NCBI RefSeq assembly: GCF_963921235.1
Contig: NC_086108.1
Span: 13,888,001 to 13,952,000, forward strand
Reading direction: 5' to 3'
Length of the DNA: 64,000 nucleotides
Source of the DNA: Mobula hypostoma
Taxonomy: Eukaryota
The notes below the pieces were generated by a model that saw only the letters and a program-made list of their open reading frames with translations, was not told the DNA's origin and made no database searches. The first letter of the stretch is position 1, and each line of letters begins with the position of its first letter. This document shows positions 50,585 through 62,049 of this stretch, piece by piece. The position numbers and the translations under genes were made by a program.

Positions 50585-52330
50585 TGTACCCTTGCAGTTC
50601 CTTAGCTCTATCCACAATGATTCAACACCTTCTGACCCTATATCACTTCTTTCTAATGATTTGATTTCAATTTTTACCAACAGAGCAACACCACCTCTCT
50701 GCCTTCCTGCCTGTTCTTTCAATACAATGTGTGCCCTTGGACATTAAGCTCTCAGTTATAATTTTCTTTCAGCCCTTATTCAGTGTTGCCTACAACATCA
50801 TACCTGCCAATCTGCAACTGTGCTGCAAGTTCATTTAGCTTATTCCGTTTACTGCGTGCATTCAAATAAAACACCTTCAATCCTGTATTCACCCTTTTCA
50901 ATTTTGTCTGCCTTTTACGTTGCAACTCATTTGTTGACTGCAATTTTGCCCTTTCAACACTTTCCTCACTACACGTTGCCTCTGTTTGTAAACCAGCCAC
51001 CTCATCTTCAGCACCATCATCCCCCTTTCCCACAATACTTCTTGCATTGAAATATAGGCAGCTCAGGGCACTAGTCACACCAAACTGAACCTTTTTGATT
51101 TCTAACTTTACCTCAGGTTTTACCAATATCTGCCTCCACAACCTCTCCACTAACTGTTCTGGTATTCTGGTTCCCAATTCCTTCACCACGTATTGAACCG
51201 CATAACCTTCCTAGTTATGGCCTCACTAGCACCTGGCACGGGTATCGGTCCTGAGATCACAACTTGGTCTTGCCCTCTATCTTAGCGCCTAACTCCCTGA
51301 ACCCTCTATGCAGAACTTCATCATATCCATGTCATTGGTACCTACATGGACCATGACCTCTGGGTGTTCACTTAAGGGTGCCGAGGACTCGATTCGAGAT
51401 GGCCTGGGCCCTGGTACCCAGGAGGCAACATACCATCTGAGAATCTCGTTCTCACCCACAGAACCTCCTGTTCCTTCCTCTAACTAACTAATTCCTTATC
51501 ACCATAATGTGCTTTCTATCCCTCTTCTCTTCTGAGTCAAAGTGCTGGACTCTGTGCCAGAGACCCAACCACCGTGACTTTCCTCTGTTAGGTCAACCCC
51601 TCCCAACAGTATCCAACGTGATATACCTGTGGTTGAAGGGATGGTCACAAGGGTACTCTGCACTGGCTCCTTAACCCCTTCCCCCTTCCTGACTGTCACC
51701 CAGTTTCCTGTGTCCTGTACCTTGGGTGTAACTACCTCTCTATATGTCCTATCTTTCACCCTTTCAGCCTCCCGAATAATCCGGAGTTCATCCATTTCCA
51801 GCTCCCACTCCTTAACGTGGATTACTAGAAGCTGCTGCTGGATGCACTTCTCGCAATTTTAGTCGTCCGGGACACTGGAAGTCTCCTTGCCTTCCCACAT
51901 CCTGCAAGAAGTGCGTTCCGCTATCCTGCCTGAGTTTTCTACAGTACTAGCTGAGCAGATATAAAGAAGGGAAGGAGAGAAAAAGACTTAACCTAGAACT
52001 TTTCTTTGCTTTCTCTCACTGAAGCTTCTCTTTGCCGAACCTTTGAAGAGCTAAACCCTCAAGCTCACCACGCTCACTCTGTTCACTCAGAAGACAGCCA
52101 TTGCCTTTCTTTAATTTGCTTTTGCTAATCAATCCCAAACGAGGATTGGTCGCTGGTCAAAGCTCTATTGCACTGCATTGACTGCTGCTCCCTTTTCTGC
52201 TCAGGCAGTAGACCTGAGTGAAATCACGTCCTCTCAAAACTTCTGATGACCAGTTGGTCACTGGTCAAAGCTTTATTACAGCGACCCACTGCTGCCTTTT
52301 CTACTCGGTCAGTGGGTCTGAGCGAAATCC
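50585..52330 (-). mobile_element. CR1 5' half of the same subfamily as 48535-50522, convergent orientation
   Basis: ELRIIREAE...DRTYREVVTPKVQ...WVTVRKG (51499-51795). ORF 50776-51189 carries both YFNARS and YLNARS. Confidence 0.85.
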
Positions 52331-53385
52331 CTGTGTAGTAAGGTGCAGGAAGAAACTTTGTTTCCATACAGATCCATCTGGATAATTTCATCTCATCAGT
52401 GCATTGAGGTAGTACAAGTGGAAAGCAAATACAGAATGCAGAATATAGCGTTACTGTTGGAGAAAATGCAGTGCAGACAGACAAGAAGGTGTAAAGACCA
52501 GGTAGCTTGTCATGTCAAGATGTCCATCAATAGTCTAAAAACAGCAGGATAGGTGTCCTTGATTCTGGTGGTACATTCCTTCAAGTTTTTATATCTTCTG
52601 CCCAGTGGGAGGGAAGGAGAAGAGAGAATGTCTGGGGTGGACAAGGTTTTTGATTATGTTGGCTGCTTTACTGAGGCAGAGAAACTTATTGTGGCGTATA
52701 CGGAGGGGAGGCTGGTTTTTGTGTTGGACTGGGCTGTGTCCACCAACTCTGCAGTTTCTTGTGGTCACAGGCAGAGCAGTTGGCATGATGTATCTGGATA
52801 GGATGCTTTGTATGGTGCCTCAATAAAACTGGTCAATGCGGACATGCTGCATTTCCTTATCCTTCTCAGGATGTAGAGGCACCAGTGCTCGCTCTTTGCC
52901 ATGGCATCTATGTGACTGGATCAGGACAAGTTATTGGTGATGTTTACACCAGGGAACCTGGAGTTCTCATTCCTCATGACCTCAGAGCCGTTGATGCAAC
53001 CAGGAGCCTGTGCACGACCCTGCTTCTGTAGTCAAAGGCCAGCTCTTTGGCTTGCTGTTATTGAGGGAAAGGTTGCTGAAACTATACAACACAACTACCT
53101 CCTTTCTGTACTCATCATTATTTATGATATGGCCCACTACAGTTGTGTCATCTGTTAACTTGTAGATGGAGTCAGAGCAAATTCTGTCCCCACGGTTATG
53201 AGCATACAGAGAGTAAATTAGGGCATTGAAGATGCAACATTGTGTGGTGCCAGTGTTGAGGATAATCATGGTGGTGCTGGTCCTTACTGATTGTGGTGTA
53301 TTGGCCAGGAAGTCAAGGATCCAGTAGCAAACAGAAGTGTTATGTCCCAGGTGTAGAAGTTTAGAGATGAGCTTGTTCAGAATAA
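52330..53385 (-). mobile_element. Old Rex1/Babar-like LINE
   Basis: LISKL..LG.N.S.C.WILDFL...PQSVR...LNTG..Q...YKL.DDTTVVG (within 52982-53536). Confidence 0.8.
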
Positions 53386-53387
53386 GA

Positions 53388-55290
53388 CCAGAAGACCATA
53401 AGACATAGGAGCAGAAATAGGCCACCTGGCCCATCAAGTCTTCTCTGCCATTCAATGATGGCTGATCCCTTTTTCCTCTATCCTCCTCAACCCCAGTTCC
53501 TGGCCTCCTCCTCATAACCTTTGATGTCATGTCCAATCAAGAACCTACCAATCTCTGCCTTAAATACACCCAACGACCTGGCCTCCACAGCTGCATGTGG
53601 CAACAAATTCCACAAATTCACCACCCTTTGGCTAAAGAAATTTCTCTGCATCTCTGTTTTGAAAAGGCACCCCTCTATCCTGAGGCTGTGCCCTCTTGTC
53701 CTAGACTCTCCCACCATGGAAAACATGCTTTCCACATTTACTCTGTCTAGGTCTTTCAACATTCGAAAGGTTTTTTTTTGAATTTTTTTGAATTTTTTGA
53801 GGATGTAACTAGTAGAGTGGATAGGGGAGAACCAGTGGATGTGGTATATTTGGATCTTCAAAAGGCTTTTGACAAGGTCCCACACAGGAGATTAGTGTGC
53901 AAACTTAAAGCACACGGTATTGGGGGTAAGGTATTGGTGTGGGTGGAGAATTAGTTAGCAGACAGGAAGCAAAGAGTGGGAATAAACGGGACCTTTTCAG
54001 AATGGCAGGCGGTGACTAGTGGGGTACCGCAAGGCTCAGTGCTGGGACCCCAGTTGTTTACAATATATATTAATGACTTGGATGAGGGAATTAAATGCAG
54101 CATCTCCAAGTTAGTGGATGACACGAAGCTGGGTGGCAGTGTTAGCTGTGAGGAGGATGCTAAGAGGATGCAGGGTGACTTGGATAGGTTGGGTGAGTGG
54201 GCAAATTCATGGCAGATGCAATTTAATGTGGATAAATGTGAAGTTATCCACTTTGGTGGCAAAAATAGGAAAACAGATTATTATCTGAATGGTGGCCGAT
54301 TAGGAAAAGGGGAGGTGCAACGAGACCTGGGTGTCATTATACACCAGTCATTGAAAGTGGGCATGCAGGTACAGCAGGCAGTGAAAAAGGTGAATGGTAT
54401 GCTGGCATTTATAGCGAGAGGATTCGAGTACAGGAGCAGGGAGGTACTACTGCAGTTGTACAAGGCCTTGGTGAGACCACACCTGGAGTATTGTGTGCAG
54501 TTTTGGTCCCCTAATCTGAGGAAAGACATCCTTGCCATAGAGGGAGTACAAAGAAGGTTCACCAGATTGATTCCTGGGATGGCAGGACTTTCATATGAAG
54601 AAAGACTGGATGAACTGGGCTTGTACTCGTTGGAATTTAGAAGATTGAGGGGGGATCTGATTGAAACGTATAAGATCCTAAAGGGATTGGACAGGCTAGA
54701 TGCAGGAAGATTGTTCCCGATGTTGGGGAAGTTCAGAACGAGGGGCCACAGTTTGAGGATAGAGGGGAAGCCTTTTAGGACCGAGATTAGGAAAAACTTC
54801 TTCACACAGAGAGTGGTGAATCTGTGGAATTCTCTGCCACAAGAAACAGTTGAGTCCAGTTCATTGGCTATATTTAAGAGGGAGTTAGATATGGCCCTTG
54901 TGGCTACGGGGGTCAGGGGGTATGGAGGGAAGGCTGGGACGGGGTTCTGAGTTGGAGGATCAGCCATGATCATAATAAATGGCAGTGCAGGCTCGAAGGG
55001 CCGAATGGCCTACTCCTGCACCTATTTTCTATGTTTCTATGTTTCATTGAGATCCCCTCTCATTCTTCTGAATCCCAGTGAGTACAGACCCAGAGCTATC
55101 AAACGTTCCTCGTATAATAACCCTTTCATTCCTGGAATCATCCTTGTGAACCTCCTCTGGGCCCTCTCCAATGCCAGCACATCTCTTCGAAGATGAGGGG
55201 CACAAAGCTCGGGGTGAGGCCTCGCCAGTGCTTTATAAGGCCTCAGCATCACATCCTCGCTCTTGTTTTCTGGACCTCTTGAACTGAATG
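53388..55290 (-). mobile_element. CR1 3' part, split by a younger plus-strand CR1
   Basis: (AGACCATA)-like tail at about 53388-53410 and RTRGHSLRI...RNFFSQRVVNLWN. Resumes at about 55040 (ERAQRRFTRMIPGM). Confidence 0.85.
53771..55043 (+). mobile_element. Young 5'-truncated CR1, near-identical to 30983-32459
   Basis: ORF 53976-54950 differs from 31088-32452 at about 11 of about 323 residues (FADD changed to LVDD). Same 3' UTR and (TTTCTATG)n tail. Confidence 0.95.
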
Positions 55291-55419
55291 CTGAATGAAT
55301 TATGGCAGTGAGGGCAGTGCTGAACTGAAACTGTCGGGTTGTCTGGGTGCCTGTCGAAGCACTTCATGATGGTGGGTGCTAGTTTCTTATTTTTCTTATA
55401 TTTTATGTTTCTGACTGTT

Positions 55420-56580
55420 CGTAAGATTTCAAGAGACAGTAATAGGATAGAGTCAGAATTTTTCTCCCAGACTAGAAAAGTCAAATACTAGAGGTCATTC
55501 ATTTGAGGTGAGAATGGAGATCTTCCAAAGGATGTGCAGGACAGGTTTTCCACATTGAGGGTGGAAGTTGCCAAGATTTTGGTGGAGGCAAATACAATAG
55601 ACACGTTTACAAGGTTTTAGATGGGTGCATAAATATTCATAGCATGGAGCGAAGTACATTATGCAAAGGTGTATAAGATGATGAGAGGCATTGATCATGT
55701 GGATAGTCAGAGGCTTTTCCCCAGGGCTGAAACGGCTAGCATGAGAGGGCACAGTTTTAAGGTGCTTGGAAGTAGAGAGAGAGGAGATGTCAGGGGTAAG
55801 TTTTTAATGCCGAGAGTGGTGAGTGCGTGGAATGGGCGGCCAGCGACGGTGGTGGAGGTGGATACGATAGGGTCTTTTAAGAGACTCCTGGATAGGTACA
55901 AGACTTCAGAAAAATAGAGGGCTATGGGTGACCCTAGGTAATTTCTAAGGTAAGGACATGTTTGGCACAGTTTTGTGGGCCGAAGGGCCTGTATTGTGCT
56001 GTAGGGTTTCTATGTTTCTAAAGGCTGAAGGGGTTTAGGCATTGCTTGACACAGGATTAGTGGGCTGAAGGACCTGTACGTGTGATGTACTGTGCCACAT
56101 CTTATGTTCTATGGTTGTTATGGGGCATTTAGGGAGCAGTGTATGATACGAGTTGTAAATTAAAAATTGGCAGTGATCTTGTTTAACCTGGAATTCTGAT
56201 TGAATAGAAAACTACATTGAAATATGTGGCATCGACAAACAATGGCTAATGTTGAAGGAATTAATGCATAGCTCGCAAGTAAGCATACAGTATATCTCAT
56301 TAAGGCAAACAGAACCCAATAGGTAAAGTGGACCAGCTGTGACTTTCAAGAAAAGTTACTGATCAAAGGAAAATAATACATAATCTTGTCAAAAAGACGG
56401 TTAGATCTGGAGATTGCGAAAATATTAGAATTTAGCAAAGGAAGATCAAGACATCAATAAGACATCAATAAGGAAATGAAAAGCAGAAAATGAGAGTAGG
56501 CGAGCAAGAAACAAGACTGGAATCTCTCAAAGTATGGAAAGTTTAAGATGGGACCAAGACAGGAGAAATTATTATAGAGC
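55420..56580 (+). mobile_element. Nested CR1 3' ends (younger copy at about 55665-56020) and old CR1 debris
   Basis: VYKMMRGID.VDSQRLFPR...RGHSFKV...RVVSAWN, same family as 33531-33893. Confidence 0.8.
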
Positions 56581-56790
56581 AACACTCAAAAACTGGAGGA
56601 ACTCAGCAGGTTAGGAAGCATCTGTGGAAATGCATAAACAGTCGCTGTTTTGGACTGAGACCCTTCATCGGAACTGGAAAGCAGGGGGGTGGGGGGAAGC
56701 CAGAATAAAAAGGTGGGGGGAGGGGAAGGAAGGCAAGCTAGAAGGCTATGAAGCCAGATGGGTGGGAAAGGTAAAGGGCTGGAGAGGGAT
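56575..56790 (-). mobile_element. PLE pLTR fragment with decayed hammerhead (56639-56676)
   Basis: ctggaggaactcagcagg...gcatct and minus-strand ccgatga-agggtctcagtcc-aaaac. Confidence 0.75.
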
Positions 56791-56913
56791 CCTGGTGGAA
56801 TAATAGCAAGGAAATTAAGAGAATATCTGACTTCATAAGAAACAAAATCGCTTCCAAAATTCATAGTGAAGTACAGATCCAGATTAGCCCCAGAGAATCA
56901 TACAGCTCAGAGC

Positions 56914-59900
56914 TATAGAAACCATAGAAACCATAGAAACTACAGCACAGAAACAGGCCTTTTGGCCCTTCTTGGCTGTGCCGAACCATTTTCTGCCTAG
57001 TCCCACTGACCTGCACACGGACCATATCCCTCCATACACCTCCCATCCATGTATCTGTCCAATTTATTCTTAAATGTTAAAAAAGAACCTGCATTTACCA
57101 CCTCGTCTGGCAGCTCATTCCATACTCCCACCACTCTGTGTGTGAAGAAGCCCCCCCTAATGTTCCCTTTAAACTTTTCCCCCCTCACCCTAAACCCATG
57201 TCCTCTGGTTTTTTTCTCCCCTTGCCTCAGTGGAAAAAGCCTGCTTGCATTCACTCTATCTGTACCCATCACAATTTTATATACCTCTATCAAATCTCCC
57301 CTCATTCTTCTACGCTCCAGGGAATAAAGTCCCAACCTATTCAACCTTTCTCTGTAACTGAGTTTCTCAAGTCCCGGCAACATCCTTGTAAACCTTCTCT
57401 GCACTCTTTCAACCTTATTTATATCCTTCCTGTAATTTGGTGACCAAAACTGAACACAATACTCCAGATTCGGCCTCACCAATGCCTTATACAACCTCAT
57501 CATAACATTCCAGCTCTTATACTCAGTACTTTGATTAATAAAGGCCAATGTACCAAAAGCTCTCTTTACAACCCCATCTACCTGTGACGACACTTTTAGG
57601 GAATTTTGTATCTGTATTCCCAGATCCCTCTGTTCCACTGCACTCCTCAGTGCCTTATCATTAACCCTGTATGTTCTACCTTGGTTTGTCCTTCCAACGT
57701 GCAATACCTCACACTTGTCAGTATTAAACTCCATCTGCCATTTTTTAGCCCACTTTTCCAGCTGGTCCAAGTCCCTCTGCAGGCTCTGAAAACCTTCCTC
57801 ACTGTCTACTACACCTCCAATCTTTGTATCATCAGCAAACTTGCTGATCCAATTTACCACATTATCATCCAGATCATTGATATAGATGACAAATAACAAT
57901 GGACCCAGCACTGATCCCTGTGGTACACCACTAGTCACAGGCCTCCACTCAGAGAAGCAATTCTCTACCACCACTCTCTGGCTTCTTCCATCAAGCCAAT
58001 GTCTAATCCAATTTACCACCTCTCCATGTATACCTAGCGACTGAATTTTCCTCACTAACCTCCCATGCGGGACCTCGTCAAAGGCCTTACTGAAGTCCAT
58101 GTAGACAATATCCACTGCCTTCCCTTCATCCACTTTCCTGGTAACCTCCTCGATAAACCCCAATAGATTGGTCAAACATGACCTACCACACACAAAGCCA
58201 TGTTGACTCTCCCTAATAAGTCCCAGTCTATCCAAATGCTTGTAGATTCTGTCTCTTAGTACTCCCTCCAATAACTTACCTACTACCGACGTTAAACTTA
58301 CTGGCCTATAATTTCCCGGATTACTTTTCGATCCTTTTTTAAACAACGGAACAACATGAGCCACTCTCCAGTCCTCCGGCACCTCACCTGTAGACAGCGA
58401 CATTTTAAATATTTCTGCCAGGGCCCCTGCAATTTCAACACTAGTCTCCTTCAAGGTCCAGGGGAACACCCTGTCAGGTCCTGGGGATTTATCCACTTTA
58501 ATTTTCCTCAAGACAGCAAGGACCTCCTCCTTTTCGATCTGTACATTCTCCATGATCTCACTACTTGTTTCCCTTAATTCCATAGACTTCATGCCAGTTT
58601 CCTTAGTAAACACAGATGCAAAAAACCTATTTAAGATCTCCTCCATTTCCTTTGGTTCCGCACATAGCCGACCACTCTGATCTTCAAGAGGACCAATTTT
58701 ATCCCTTACAATCCTTTTGCTCTTAATATACCTGCAAAAGCTCTTTGGATTATCCTTCACTTTGACTGCCAAGGCAACCTCATGTCTTCTTTTAGCCCTC
58801 CTGATTTCTTTCTTAAGTATTTTCTTGCACTTCTTATACTCCTCAAGCACCTTATTTACTCCCTGCTTCCTATACACGTCATACAACTCCCTCTTCTTCT
58901 TTATCAGAGTTGCAATATCCCTTGAGAACCAAGGTTCCTTATTCCTATTCACCTTGCCTTTAATCCTGACAGGAACATACAAATTCTGCGCTCTCAAAAT
59001 TTCTGCTTTGAAGGCTTCCCACCTACCGATCACATCCATGCCAGAGAACAACCTGTCCCAATCCACGCTTTTTAGATCCTTTCTCATTTCTTCAAATTTG
59101 GCCTTCTTCCAGTTAAAAACCTCAACCCTAGGACCGGATCTATCCTTGTCCATGATCAAGTTGAAACTAATGGTGTTATGATCACTGGAACCAAAGTGCC
59201 CCCCTATACAGACTTCTGTCACTTATCCTAACTCGTTCCCTAACAGGAGATCCAATATTGCATCCCCTCTAGTTGGTCCCTCTATATATTGATTTAGAAA
59301 ACTTTCCTGAACACATTTTACAAACTCTAAACCATCTAGACCCCTAACAGTATGGGAGACCCAATCAATATATGGAAAATTAAAATCCCCTACCACCACA
59401 ACTTTATGTTTCCTGCAGTTGCCTGCTATCTCTCTGCAGATTTGCACTTCCAATTCTCTTTGACTATTGGGTGGTCTGTAATACAATCCCACTAATGTGG
59501 CCATACCTTTCCTGTTTCTCAGCTCCACCCACAAGGACTCAGTAGACAAGCCCTCTAATCTGTCCTGCCTGAGCACTGCTGTAATATTTTCCCTAACAAG
59601 CAATGCTACTCCCCCACCTTTCATTCCTCTGCCTCGATCACATCTGAAACATCGGAACCCTGGAATATTAAGCTGCCAGTCCTGCCAACCTCCTGTAGCC
59701 AAGTTTCACTAATTGCTACAACGTCATAATTCCACGTGTCAATCCACGCCCTCAACTCATCCGCCTTCCCCGCAATACTCCTAGCATTGAAATATATACA
59801 CCTCAGAAGATTTTTACCACCACTCACAACCTTTCTATTAGTGGATTTGCTTGAACTTTTAACATCATTTATTTTCACCCCAGCCACACTGTCAGCTCTG

Positions 59901-60130
59901 GTACTCTGGTTCCCATCCCCCTGCAAATCTAGTTTAAAGCCTCCCCAGTAGCACTAACAAACCTCCCTGAAAGGATATTGGTCCCCCTGTAGTTCCCCGT
60001 CTCTCTTGTACAGGTCCCACCTGCCCCAGAAGAGGTCCCAATGATCCTGAAATCTGAAACCCTGCCCCCTACACCAGTTCCTCCTGCAGAGCATCCTGTT
60101 CCTACCCTCACTGTGCCCTGTGGCACACTC
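56914..60130 (-). mobile_element. Near-complete CR1 ORF2 (APE plus RT) with ORF1 tail; one frameshift and one nonsense codon
   Basis: APE start at 59621-59926, frameshift at about 59690, APE 59223-59702 ending in TAA, then the same frame continues for 741 aa (56997-59222) with SDH and all RT motifs. (AGAAACCAT)n tail. Confidence 0.95.
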
Positions 60131-60379
60131 TCTTGGTGCCAGGCATCAAGTGCCATGTAGACCAGGGACATTTTTATGCCATGGACCAATGCTTTTAAGT
60201 AAGGAGTCTGTGGACCCCAGGCTGGGAACCCCTGATCTATACAAATCCCATTTATTATCACAACCCTATACAGCTTGATGATTGTGGTGCCCAGTGGCAT
60301 CGAGCATTGGTCTTAACTGCTGCAGGTCTTGAGTAGAAGAGCACGACACAAAAATAACCGAAAGGCATGTTGCATTGTG

Positions 60380-62030
60380 TTCAGATATTGTAACCTTGCA
60401 GAGGAAGAAAGATCGATTGAGTGAGTGGGCAAAAACTTAACAGACAGAATATGATATAGAAAAGAGTGAGGTCATGCACTTCAGGAACAGGAATTAAAAG
60501 GCAGATTATTATCAAAATGGAAAGACTGATCTAGTTGTTGTGGTGCATGAATCATAAGAGCTTAGCAGGCAGATGCACCAAGCAGCTGAATCAAATAGCA
60601 TTTTGGCCTTTATTACAAAAACATTTAGAGTTTAAATATAGGGAGGTTTTGTTCCAGATGTACAGGGTGTTGATGAAGCTGCAACTGCAGTATCATGCAC
60701 AGATTTGGGCCCCTTACCCAGAAAACATAGAACTTAAGATGTGCAGAGTATGTTTCCTTTGGTCTAAGACCAGAGAACACAACCTCAGAATAAAAGGGTG
60801 TCTTTTTAGAACAGAGATGAGGAGGAATTTCTTTAGCCAGAGAGTGGTGAATCTGTGGAATTCTTTGCCACAGGCAGCTGTGGTGGCCAAGTCTTTATGT
60901 ATATTTAAGGCAGAGATTGATAGATTCTTGATTGGTCAGAGCCTGAAGAGATACAAGGAGATTGGGGCTGAGAGGAAAATTGGATTAGCCATGATGAAAT
61001 GGCGAAGCAGACTTGATGGGCCAAATGGCCCAATTCTGCTCCCATATATCTTATTATCTTATGGTCTTATAGAACATTACCACACAGTACAGGACTTTGG
61101 GCCCAGAATTTTGTTTCAACCTTTTAACCTACTCTAAGGTCAATTTAACCCTTCCCTCCTGCATAACTCTCCATATTTCTATCATCCATATGCCTCCTTA
61201 AGAGTTCTTTAAGTAGTCCTAATGTATCTGCCTCTACCACCACCCCAGGCAGCACATTTCATGCACCTGGTAAAAGGATCTAGTAGCATTGGAACAACCC
61301 AAAGGAGATTCGCCAAGATAACTCCTGGGCTGAAAGCGGTGGCCTATCAGGAGAGGCCAAACATTTTGCAATTGTGCACTAGATTTCCACAATGTCCTAG
61401 ATTGATACATCCTGGGGATTTAGCCACCTTAATATGCTCTCCTTATTCTCTTCTTATGATGTGGATATGGTTGTATTCTTTAGCATTTCCTTTGCAGCAA
61501 CGCTAATTTTTGATGACATTAGACAGGAACTTGCAAAGGTTGATTGGGAAAGGCTGTAGGAAAAATCTTAGTTGACCATACTCGGCAAATTGTTTGCAGT
61601 TCTGCTCACTCTGTTATAGGAAGGATGCTGAGATTATGGAAAAAGTGCAGAAGAGGTTTATTAGGACGTTGCATGGATTACACGGTGTGAGCTACGAGGA
61701 AAACTTGGACGAGTGTGGGTTGATTTCTGCATGTAGAGTGCCAAAGGCTGAGGGGAGACCTAACAGAGGTTTTTAAAATTAGGAGAGGCAAAGATAGGAT
61801 AATCAATCATAACTTGTTCTTCAGGGTAGAAATGTCAAATAACAGAGGACATACTCATATGGTTAAGGGGGGAAGTTTAACAGCAATCGGGTATATTACC
61901 ACTGACATGTCGAGAAACTTGTTGCTGAATTGAAATTTGGGCCAAATGTAGGCAAACAGGAAGGCACCATGATCAGCATGGATGGGTTGGCCTGAAGGAT
62001 GTGTTTCTGTGCTTTCTAACACTGATTCAG
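60380..62030. mobile_element. Mosaic of old CR1 3' fragments (mostly plus strand)
   Basis: RNFFSQRVVNLWNSLPQ (60535-61137) and QF.S..YRKD....EKVQKRF.R. Confidence 0.75.
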
Positions 62031-62049
62031 TGAAATAGTCATGGCTTCT

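Noticed and set aside
54281..54973. 230-aa minus-strand ORF (and similar ones at 31476-32180 and 58717-59181)
   Set aside because: Antisense shadows of CR1 ORF2.
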